A stretch of 62,675 nucleotides of DNA, counting the filler, from Sphacelaria rigidula (Eukaryota), in the NCBI GenBank assembly GCA_964200075.2. It is 5 parts of 5 records of this genome, joined end to end, with 100 filler letters (N's around TTAATTAATTAA, not from the genome) between each part and the next. Parts side by side here need not be neighbours in the genome. Positions count along the whole stretch, not along the records: positions 50,222 to 62,675 come from CAXNAA020003754.1; 4 more parts are not named here. One strand, 5' to 3'. The translations under genes were made by a program, and so were the position numbers. This document shows positions 51,582-62,675 of this stretch, piece after piece. Numbering within the stretch: position 1 is the stretch's first letter; each line of letters starts with the position of its first letter. The notes under the pieces were generated by a model. It was not told the origin of the DNA, did not search any database, and saw only the letters and a list, made by a program, of their open reading frames with translations.

Positions 51582-52034
51582 AAGTGCGTACAGAGTCAGT
51601 ACGAACCTGTAACCCGGTCGGAGACGTTTCGTCCGGATCCACAATCCACAACAGTAGTGTTTTCACTCGGTCGATGACGAGTATTCTTGGAAACATTTTT
51701 TTTTAATTACGCTAACCCTAACCCCAACCCCAACCCAAGGCATATCGAGAACCCTCGGGCGAGGGTGGTGTCAAGAGTTCCCTGGGCAAAGTGTGGCGTT
51801 GGCAGACCAAACAACGGCGCCGATTTCGACGAAAACGCGTTCTGTGCACGCGAGGGGCAGTTGGGCTGTCAGCCCCGATAAAGATCCGAATATCGGTGTC
51901 TACACTAAAATCAAGTAATGAAATTCCGGGAAGGTTCGAATCGACCAAATGATAAACACTACTCTTGTGGATTGTGGATCCGGACGAAACGTCTCCGACC
52001 GGGTTGCAGGTTCGTACTGACTCTGTACGCACTT
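51582..52034. mobile_element. MITE with TIRs of about 80 bp and an interior containing CCCTAA-like telomeric motifs
   Basis: 51582-51663 is the near-exact reverse complement of 51954-52034. ctaaccctaaccccaacccc lies at 51712. Confidence 0.8.
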
Positions 52035-54016
52035 AGCTGCAGGGCAAGAACCGGCCGGGGGTTCTTCCGGACTATTTTTTACTCAGGAGCGTATGTATGC
52101 CCAATATCCACACGTTCATGGAAAAGGGCGTCTTATGTCGTGAAAAAAACGGCTGTCCTGGAAACGGAACGTGGCATCGCCCATCTGAGTCCATCTGAGG
52201 GTGGTTCACAGTGTAAGGGTTAAATTGTAGTACTGTACATCCACTAGACTTTCCTGCAATACTGCGAGATAGATCTCCAAGGGTCAAGGAGGATATATGC
52301 GCCCGCCACCTGCACGCGTGAATTTTGCTCGGCCACTTTCTCTCCGCCCTCTTCTGGCAGTATAGTTTATCCCAGTTGGGAGCCATTCTAACCACGCTTA
52401 ATTACTTGATTTGAATGTAGACACCAAAATTCGGAAGTTTAGTCTGCACCGGGCCGACACTCCCGAGTTAAGGTTAGTTGACCACTTGGGAGGGTGAGAA
52501 ATTTATAACTTTGAACAAACTGTAACACTGACACTAACCCTAACCCTAACCCCGACGAAGGCACACCGAGAACCCTCGGGCGAGAGAGTGGAGAGTGTTG
52601 CCTAGGCAAAGGGTGCGTTGCCAGGCCTCAAATCGGCGCCCCAGGCGCCGATTCCGACAAAAACGCGTTCTGTGCAAGCTAGGAGCTCGCTTGGAGCACA
52701 GCCCAAATAAAGATCCGGATTTCGCTGTTCGCACTAAAATCAAGTCGAACTATCTGAGAAATTTCTCACCCTCCCAAATGGTAAACCATACTGCCCGAGT
52801 TCTTCGTGCAGTCCGCAATAACTGTTTTTGTCGAAACCGAATTGAGGTCTGCTAACGCACACTTCGTGCGTGTGGCACCTTTTGCACCCCCCTTCCCTTG
52901 CCCGAGGGTTCTCGGTATGCCTTGGGTTGCTGCTGTGAGCAGGTTGGACAGCATGTGTACAGCATGATCCGGGTTGCAACACACATGTACGACGATATAG
53001 TCGAGTTGGCACTGGTTCCACGACACGACACCACGTACGATTACGGCAATATTTTATTCGACGTGGACAGCCTACACCTTTCGGTATGTGTGGGCGCATC
53101 AGCCGGGGTCGCAGCAGCACATTCGATGATGCGTCATTCGATTCGTACGTTCCTGCAATCCGGTTGGAGATGTTTCGTCCCGATCCACAATCCACAGACC
53201 GTAGATCCCGCGACGCTCTGATCTTCCACATAGTGAGTCGACACGAAGACGTTTGGGCGTGTGTATGCCATTCACACATGGTTGGATCTAAGTGATCTCC
53301 CGCACACAAGCGTTTGCACCCTGCATGCATCATCGGATCTTTGGGATATGCGGGGCAACCACTAGCGGGCTACAACATCTTGGTCATTGAGTTTCCGCTT
53401 TTTTGGCGAGGTGCTATTTGACGAAATTCGGCATTCTTGTGACTGTTCGGCGTATCTGCTGCAGAACCCGCGATAGAATCACCACCGAACATCATAAGGG
53501 TATGCATGTGAGCATGAAAGGGTAGGCAGATGAGCAGCAACGAGTATGAAATTACTTTTCAGACTGCGATTCGGGTGTACCATGCTATCATAGTTTGTTG
53601 ACAAAAAGGTTGGTGTAACAGGCTCTCCTTATCCACGCCGTAGGCAAGCCTAATGTCACGTGTCGAAAAAAAAAAGAAGGCGGGGCATGCTGCCTAGACA
53701 CGTCGTGCGTGTGGCTGAGGCGCTGGAACGTGTTTCGAGGTGCTCAGCCCGCGTGTACTGCGTACAGTTCGGAGTAGACCAAATATTCATCTTTGTCCAG
53801 GCTATATATATATATATATATATATATAGCTCTTTCTGGATCTAAAGCACCAACGCTCCTGCAGCAGAAAGACATCGCAATAGCTGGGGCAAAGTGAGAA
53901 TTGCGTACGATGACACCATCGCTGTCCATCGCCATTACTTATCGAGCGCTCTACGGCTAGACATGTCCCTTCGGCTAGACGCATTCTACAACACGGTCAC
54001 GTCCGCAGAGTTTCAC

Positions 54017-57000
54017 CTTGGTTGCAAAGTTGGAGGACATAACGGCCAGCATGCCGTCCCGGGAGAAGCACGCGAGAAATCGGCCATTTGGTGCAACGGC
54101 CATCTTAATTATCGGCTCTTTCAGCGGCTCCTGTAAAAGGCCATCTTCCACTCCGTTTTCGTCGACGGCTGAACCAAGCGTGGACGTAGCGGAGGAAAAA
54201 AAACGCCGGAGCGAGCGATAGCAATAGGCGCGCGTGCATCATTACGCGATAATTCGAAAACATTAAGCGGTAAATGTATCAAGAAGCTTCGGACATTTTC
54301 TTTTTGAGAACTTTTCACAAGATTAAAGATGACTTGCTTAATTCGGCATGTTTGCCCGCAGGGTAAAGACGACGCGGCGTTCGCCACGCCGACTAAAAAA
54401 TACAGCCGACATAGTTCGTGAAACAGTCCTTGACATGTAATCAGACGATCATTTGAACTACATGCGTGTGTACCACTCATACTTCAACGGTGCGATGGGT
54501 GGTATTCCCAATATATAAATACCCTTGCTGAAAAAAAAATAACATGTTTTCAGTTGAGCTCCTCATAGTTTCCCCTGACATTCGTGATCATGTGTCCTTT
54601 TCCGATGGCAAGTCTCCACAACACCTTCCCTGTGTTCGTGAGACTCAGTGGGTGTCAGTGACAAAGGACAGGATTCAACAGGCGACATTTGTCGCCTACT
54701 TTCCATGTGTGTTGGATGGTCAGGTCAACGACCTCAAAGATACTAGCTTGTAACTTCGCAAAATCTGTTTCCTGCCCCCCGACCATCTTCCGACCTTTTA
54801 ATCCTCGCTGTACTTCTCGAGGAGAGATAGTTTGGTAACGATCTGCAAAAGGTACAGGCGATGGAACAAAAAACAGTTTGGTTCAAGTCGTGGTACCCTG
54901 AACGAGTTCCCACATGCTGTGCTCTAGAGAAGCGTGCGGCAATTTAACCGTTGAAACAAAGTCTCCTGCCGGCTCACAACAACTACTGTACAGTTCCGTC
55001 AAAGGTAAGATAACCATTCTCTCGATGTTTCTCTCACCGAACACGTTCCCGTCCTCCGTGGCAAGCACCACCTCCAAAGCACCAGATTGGGTAAACTGCG
55101 GCTCGAGCACAGCCATAGCTGTTAACATGCCCTCGTTGCCCCCGAGGCCTATGGCCATGCCGAATTGCCTGCCACACCAACAACATATCCACAGCGGCAG
55201 GCATTTCACGGCTGAATCAGGGGAAGACATCAAGATCGTCAACTGGCCGTAGAGAGGTCAAGCCACCAGCACAACCGGCCAACTCCTCATCTCCGTATCT
55301 TGCCTTGATCTTGGCAATTCGACTGCTCAGGTCAGAGCGATAATCGTGGGACATACCGCGTGCCTACGAGTAGTCTGCACCAACAGCGATACCAAGTACG
55401 GTAGAGCAAGAAGAACAAACAGCGTTTCTGGGAGGCCATACGCCACGGGAAACCATAGGGCAGCAAGCCACATACTTCTGAATCCATACGCACGCCCTTT
55501 CAGGACATCAAAGCTGCCCCGGAGGAAGCTTACGGCGCAGCGGACATAACTTCCCCATTGACCCTTTGGCCACCGGCCTCGTCTCGGAAGAGCTTCCCCG
55601 GCTGACAGTCCCGGGGTATGCAGGGGTTTCCAGAGGAGGGGGGAGCGGGGCGGGGTCGGTTCCCAGAGCAACGGAGATACTTCCGAAGTCGATCATATAT
55701 GTGCGTTTTGAGGAAATTTTCACACGTCGGACATGAGCTACCTAAGTGAATTAATCAAAGAGGACTCTCAAACCCCTTGGTCCAAAACACAAATGCGTGA
55801 CCGCGGGGTCAGATAAACCAAGGCGCAACTATTGCGCTACTCCGCGCGCTCGGCCTCCAGCGCTGTAGGGGGCAACTGCGGGCACAGGAGCCAAATGAGC
55901 TAGCTCATGATCCGGATTAGTACACTCAGAGGAAGTTATAATTAGGTGGGTCATGAGCTGTCAAACCCGCAGAATTTCCGCCAGGACGAAAAACGTGAAG
56001 TTTCGCTCGGAGCCAAGGAAGACGGGGTCGCCTGATTGATCAAAAGCAGCAAAGTGACGAGCTATGTTTCGCGACAAGATGCGAATAACAACGCCTAATT
56101 GCAGCAAGAGCATATTTATATCAGTGTTGGGGACAACGGTCGAAATTACGTGAGGTCCCTTCTGGAGGGTGAGGGGCTCGGTGTCGCCTAGCCTCCTCAC
56201 TACGACACGACCGATGGACACCGCACTCAGCAGCGCCGTATTCGCTGACCGCTTGTTCTCAACACCACTCACGTTACAAAGCCACCAATGCTTCGCTACA
56301 TACCGTACAGCTAACAGCACAGTGTACGTGTTTTCGATCCCCATCCCTCGCGTCCATCTACTGACGTTTTCTCTTCTTTTTGGAATATTATAATTCCGAA
56401 TCGTAACGGCTGGCTGGCAATACTAGGTAACCTAAAATGGGGGTGGTGGGCAGCAGGTTTACTGTTGCATGCCCGAAGTTTCACATGAAGTCGCGTCTGT
56501 AAACAGTTGATACCGCGCCGGTTTCCCTTGATAGCAGCTTCCGTTTACCTCAGCGATCTCATTCCCAACGAATAAGTGGGATGTTAGTTTCTACATATAT
56601 CGTCGCAGACACGGTTTCATGTCCAATGCATGAAAAAGAAGCTACTCCTCAGTCGATTTTCAGCGGAACACCGCGAAAGCGGTCTGTTGCCGTCAAGTAG
56701 CAACGAAGGCAGAGACAAGGAGTAGGTCCGAAACAGGATTTCTTGCCTGAGTTCCGCGCTGTGAATTCCCGACACAGCCGTGACTTTACCACTACTCAGC
56801 AGCGCCACTACCCCGTCCCCCCAGACTTCGCAGGCCATGACTCGATCCGGGTTTGCTGAGCGGCGGGAGTTCTCGTCGACGAGTTCAAGCGTCTTGGACA
56901 GTTCACCCTGTCGGACAGCAAAAACACACAAGCACAGGAGGCACGTCGGGGTGCGCCGGATGCGTAGACCAACCACTGGCGTGCGAGAGATACATGAGCT

Positions 57001-60000
57001 GCAAGCCTGCAGCAGCTGAGGCGATCCTGTTGGCGCCATAAATGTGCTGTACATCAGAAACGTCCAGAATTTGGTCACGACGAAGCGCCAGGCCGCACTT
57101 TTGGTACCAAGAACAAAAATCGAGATTTTGTCCTCGACAGCACTTGACAAAACCTCGTCTTCGTCATAAACATGATACAGAACTGTACGATACAACAGTA
57201 CAGTACAGTGCAGTGAAAGTGCCCGACGTGGCGTCAGACTACCTGAATGCCGCGTGTTATAATAGTGCTCCATACCAGCGTCAACCTGTGCCGTCAAAAT
57301 GTCCCTACAAAACGAGCTGGATCAGGAAAGAATTTCCACTGGCGGTTGAACCGTTTTGCTGTGCTTGATTTTAGGATGTTAGACTTGTGTTAGGGGCTGA
57401 TGTCCTCGACACGAACTTTAGATAATCAATCAGGGGTCTGTCGGGAGAAGATTTTTCAACACGTAGCCCCCCCCCCCCGCCCCCGCCCCGCCCGGAGGGC
57501 AATTTTTCACAGGCACCGTAGGTAAGGTAGGTAGGTACCGGTATTTGGGATATCTCATACCCTACTGATACCGGTCCGATCGGGTATTTTCGAATGTCAT
57601 ACCTACGATACCCACGATACCACAGTATTTCGAGATGTCAATATGTACCGTACCTGCTCTATTGGGTATTTCCAAAACTCATACCTACGATACCTACGAT
57701 ACCACTATTCCGAGGTTTCAATACCTACCGTATCTGCTCGATCGGGTATTTTCAAATGTCATACCTACGATACCACGGTATTTCGAGATACCACTACCTA
57801 CCGTACCCGCTCAATCGGGTATTTTCAAAACTCATACCTACGACACCTACGACACCACGGTATTTCGAGATTTCAATACCGACGGCACCCGCTCAATCAG
57901 TTTTTTTTAAAAGTCATACCTACGATACCCACGCATTCCACGGTATGGGATACCCCGGTATTTGCCTGGGGCACCTTCGGTACGGTACCTTACGTACGGT
58001 TCCCGTCCAATTTTTCGAAAATTGTCATGATGTGTCTTAATTTTGTTTGCGAATTATTGTTGAAGAAATTGGTTATGAAACACTGACAAACACCGACAAG
58101 TCTGATCGGCATTGCGCGGTTCGTATACTTGCTTCTGCTCCTTGCCCGCTCTGTCCCGATGACCTCGGATGCCGGCCACGCGTACACACATGTATGCACA
58201 CCAGCGCATGGTAGCGACAGCCTGTAGCCAAAGAAGCAACATCATCTCACGCCTCGCCAAAGTTTCCCGGGCCACTGGTAGGTACTCGAGGCACACCACA
58301 CGGAACATGATCCCATAAATGTAAACATCTTTTATGGCAGTCACAAATTACAAGTCGGGAAACGCCTGCCCCCAATTTGACCCAAATCGGGGAAGCTTAC
58401 GATGGTATGTCACGATTTGAGAACGGTTTCCCCCAAATCTGAGCCCAGATCGGGGGAAAGTCGCGTCCCCCCAAATCTGTAGGGAGTGACGTACCTACAC
58501 TGACTGATGGTGATAGGGCAACAGGCGTTTGACATTTTTGTACCCGCAGAAGCAGACAGTCTCGTGACAGCACAGGCCGTGCCTGCCTACGCCAGCTGCT
58601 GAAGCAGCTTCGCACAGGGTTTGACAAGCGGATAAGAAGTGTTCACGCCGTATCCTGCGGCGATGGTAATATTCAACATTTCATGCTACACTGCAGTGCC
58701 GGTCGCCCCGGTGGCTCAGTTGGTATCTTTGAAACCTTCTTAAGGCTGGGTTGTCGGTTCAAATCTCGGAGCGATCTGGGATTTTTTTGTCACACAGTGC
58801 CCAACAGTGGAGAGCGACTGCGCCGTGGGTACACAGTATTCGACATCATGGTCGACGAGGGAGAGGGATCGCTGATCCCCTCTCGAGATTAAAAATAAAG
58901 GCAAGCACCGCAGAAGGAAGGTGGAGTACAAGAAGAAGAAAAAAACTGTGTTGGACCTCCTCCTGTGTGACTCCGGCCGGTGTGCTCACATATACCGAAA
59001 GGTTTAGACCGGCGTCTAGAGTAGAGGGGATGTCAACACACACAACACACTGAGCTGTTGTATTTATATCATTGTAAGGAACGGTACTGTACTATCCTTC
59101 TCCGCTGTCGCTGTGCTTGCAGGGTGACGTACGACACTGCACTCGTGAACTCTTCTCGCACACTGTTCTCTGTTCTGGAAATACCGACTGTACCATCATG
59201 TATTACCACACGGCATTGCCGTGTACTGTACTACCCTGTATTATACCCTAGGCTGCTACGGTACTACGGTATGACGCTGCTCTTGAAGGACGATTAGCTG
59301 CCTGCCTGTTTTTCGGCTTCGCTGCGAATGCGATACCACACCTCTGCACAAAATGATCCTCCGTGTACAGAACTATTTCAACGAATCTGTGGAACCATGA
59401 TGGGGTCTCTACAGATCTGACTTTCGCAGATATGAGTCACCCCAATTTTGCACAGATCGGGGTATCTGCAGATTCTGGACTTATCCCCATAGAAAATGGT
59501 TTCACATCCGGCCTAAGTGATGAGCTTGGGAGGGCGGCGTATCGGCAATCTCAGCGGTCTTCATGCAAAGGATCTCTGTACACGGCAGCGGACCGCATCC
59601 GCAAACGCCTCGACTATTAACTAGGGAGCAGAAGGCTGGGTACCCCCCCCTCCCCTCTCCTCAACTCAACTTTTCGATCTTGGGGCCTACGTATCCCGAA
59701 ATCTCTTTCGACAGACCCTTGCACCAGTACGCGGGAAGTAGCAATGATTCCCTGGAAAAAAAAAGAGACCCATCAAAAATTTCTGAAAAAAGAAATATAG
59801 TCACTCGTTGGGAAAAACAAAACTGGGAACTTTTTGTGAAGAATTTTCAATTCGCTAGTAGGCGGTCCTTCTAAAAATTTCGACTGAAAAATCCAAAATT
59901 GGGCAGGGCATTGAAGTATTTGTGTGATACCACTGCACCCTGCCGTTTAACTGATACAGGAGACATCGTACAGGGCGGGAGGTAACGAGTTCGCAGCCCG

Positions 60001-61362
60001 ACAGGTACCTTTTTTTGTCAGCAGAATCTGGTTCTGTCGCCGAGGTAAATCTTAAACGCAAAATCTTTTTTTTAGCAGCAGAACGTGTCATCAGCAGGTT
60101 GGCCTCCATTTCACAGAGATATGCTTACATCAGGCTGGTTCGGGAAACTGAAGAGTTACTGTACTGTACTATACTGTACTACTGTGCTGTATCGTGTGCC
60201 GAAAAAATGGCGGTTTCTTGACTAGCTCCGCTCGTATTGTTGTGTTTTATTTTTATTTGCACATTTCGCACAACACAGACAGGAGAGTAAACTGTAGTAC
60301 AGAGAGAGGCGTACCATTACATCTCGGACCTCCACTCCGCCTCGCTCGCGCACCAAAACCAGCATCTCCCCCTCGGTCCAGCCCATCACTGACAAACGAC
60401 CCCGCTCCGCCGCCAGTCCCGGCGCTAGCGCCGCTTTGTCGAGCACAGTCTCGGATATGCTGCCTCCCGCACAGTTGCATACTCTCAGAGTTGGGGTGAA
60501 AGTGTCTGCCGTTGATAGCTATCCGCCGTTGTTGTGATGTCAAGGAGTCCATCGATCGTCGATCGGAATGATTCATCGATCAAACGTTTTGGGTACGATG
60601 GGACACGACGAAAAAATTTCAGATTGATTTCGATCGTGGATAGCGTAGTACAACAGTCACAGTACAGAAGAGTGCAGAATCGTGAGGGTATTCGTCCTTG
60701 TAGACTGCTCAGCTTCGAGCCGGGAGGAAACAGACCGCACCTTTTGCGGTAAGGCAATGGATTTTGTTAGCATATTCGAAATGCAGTACTTGGAGAGCGC
60801 TGAAATGCGGGGGAAGTGCAAAAAAAAAAGCGATAGCACGGAGCATCTAGTAAAGTGTGTAGTGCATGCAGCACGCGATGGGTACCATATGCGGAGACAA
60901 GCAAGAACATGTGCTCGCAGCAATACTGACTGCCTGCAATAATGTTGTAAGCAGACATCGCAACTGCATGTTACGGGGTATAGCACCCTCTTGTGCTGAA
61001 GACTTGCAACCTCGACTACATTCACAATAGATTTTCACAATTGTGCCAATGATTTTTCTCATGAGAATCTAATACTAGATGGTGTAGGTGTGCTACACAG
61101 TGTGGGGGCCTGTTCCTCGAGGAGATTGAGGTTGGAACTACGTATCATCTGGGGGGTGTTATCTGTTTTCACTAAGCGTAAGGGAATGCACCTTGAGTAG
61201 CTTAGTCTCGTCTCGGACCATAGCGATCGCCCCTCCATACTTGGCAACGGCCACAACATTGTGATCCAGACGGTGATTCTCGTCCTTGGTCCAGTCGAGA
61301 TCGTAGAGATGTATTTTGCGGTACTGCACGTCCCGCAGACTTGTCCAATCATCCGCGAGCAT
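54017..61362 (-). CDS. VPS16: VPS16 (HOPS/CORVET subunit), N-terminal part; exons 61362-61192, 60518-60315, 56907-56747, 55168-55038 and 54168-54017
   Basis: The spliced translation reads MLADDWTSLRDVQYRKIHLYDLDW...VAVAKYGGAIAMVRDETKLLK|LSTADTFTPTLRVCNCAGGSISET...GRLSVMGWTEGEMLVLV...|GELS...CEVWGDGVVALL...|...MAVLEPQFTQSGALEVVLA...|AVDENG...IIKMAVAPNGRFLACFSRDGML. This is colinear with the Vps16 N-terminal beta-propeller, and the phases are consistent. Confidence 0.9.
57515..57986. repeat. Element with about five tandem units of 73-82 bp and inverted ends, in VPS16 intron 2
   Basis: Unit: atcgggtattttc.aaa.tcatacctacgatacc...accgtacc.gctc. The ends gggatatctcatacc and ggtatgggatacccc are imperfect inverted copies. 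Confidence 0.8.
58699..59050 (+). mobile_element. tRNA-derived SINE, full length
   Basis: TGGCTCAGTTGG A-box, GGTTCAAATC B-box, family body and CA-rich tail. Confidence 0.85.
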
Positions 61363-62675
61363 CCTTCCTGGCTCTCTCCACCAGCATTACCCCGTTCGAA
61401 TGCGCAATTCCTCTGCTATTCTTGTACGCTGGCTCTCTTCGGCGATGGTAAACCCGAGCGTTTTTTTGAGTCGTTTTCAGGCGTCCATTTAGACTTGTGG
61501 GTGTGTTTCGTGCTATCTTGTGTGCTGTTGCAATGCCTGTATCTAGGCAGGAACACAATGTGCTCCAAATATGGCCCAAGAGTGTTTCTGGAATCAAGTT
61601 GACGTAGGTAGAGACATGTCACGGGAAAAGTGTTCCGAAACAGCTGTAATAGCTCATGGAACGGGTACAACAACTGGACCATACACAAGGACACTGCAGT
61701 AGTATTTTGCACGGACTGACCGGTGCTTCATACGGGATAGATCTGCACAGACAGTACAGTACAACAGCTGTAGTCGAAATGTGCAGGCAGAGTACGGTCG
61801 TAGTAGTGCTTGTGTGTGTCTATACCTACTACCATGCTTGTACTAACTATTAGCGTGCTGTGCACAGCAGCTCAAACACAACCAGCCAGCGGAATACTGA
61901 ATAGTAGTACTCGTGGAGCATCCAACAACCAAAACAGACGACCCCTCCAACATAAACAGACGGTGACAAACGGATAATCCTGCGTTGTTTATACGTTTTT
62001 GCGTCCAGGAACAACAGACCGAGACCCCTCCTTGTTAAAAAAACTGGTGATGCGCACAATTTTTGCCTATTTTTGGTGCTGCTGAGCCTGGTCAAGTGAG
62101 CGAAAGTGCGTCACACGTGATGCACCTCACGATCAGACCTTGAACAAAGCCGCGAACAGACGAAAACAATTTGTTCGTGGACCCTTGCGCTTCGTACGGC
62201 ACTATACCATATCTCTTCTCTCTGAAAAAACGTGTGAAATATTACATGAAAACTAAAATTTTCGAGCTCGACAAAAAGTTGATGGGTAGGCTTCGGGGAA
62301 CTCGTGTGTTTCTCGTGTAAAAACTGACGCATTGCCTGTCTGATACATATATAATTAGCTTCTATCTATTGTGCACGACTACTGCTGTAGTGCATCTCAT
62401 GTCCCACTGTACAGTACGATCCCCTTTGACCTGGAACTATGTTGCGGCAGGGTCCTGTCTTTTGGGGCCTTCCTCTCATTAGTACTGGTGTGATAGATCC
62501 TAGCCTCGTATTCTTTGTCTTCTTTGCGCTTTCCGTTCCTTTCCATTTTTCTCTTCGTTGAGCCTTTTTTCTTTTCATTATTTTTCTTATTTCAGTGCCG
62601 GTAACAGTGTTTTCGTGAGATTGAGAGTAGATGATACGATTGAGAGTGGCTTTGATCATTCGCTTTAAGTGGGAC

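Noticed and set aside
58699-58775. tRNA gene calls at the SINE heads (also 21296, 47860 and 1735)
   Set aside because: A and B boxes are present, but I see no consistent cloverleaf, and each head continues into a shared dispersed body.

Overview
Eukaryotic, intron-rich and repeat-rich DNA. The gene structures, (CAGTA)n and (AATC)n microsatellites and repeat style suggest a stramenopile, probably a brown alga; this is an inference. The window is not one locus. It is five contigs of 12456, 12455, 12455, 12455 and 12454 bp, apparently size-sorted and joined by artificial 100-bp N44-TTAATTAATTAA-N44 linkers. Contig 1 holds exon 1 of a Tim10-like small Tim gene (-) head-to-head with an apparently complete Alba/Rpp25-family gene (+) that has a polyQ-rich insertion and an RGG tail. 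Contig 2 is mostly degraded repeats. Contig 3 holds a degenerate chromodomain-bearing Ty3/gypsy element without recognisable RT/RNase H, plus exons of an unidentified gene. Contig 4 holds seven exons of a P4-type ATPase (flippase), LINE fragments and a 1.8-kb TIR element carrying an array of ATATTG-N6-CAATATATATTG motifs at about 42-43 bp spacing with unique spacers. Contig 5 holds the first five exons of VPS16 (-). Four tRNA-derived SINE copies, several MITE-like hairpins and two probable GC-AG introns are also present. Most ORFs in the supplied track are spurious. I found no prokaryotic-type defence system. The most unusual structure is the regularly interspaced motif array at 38298-40119.
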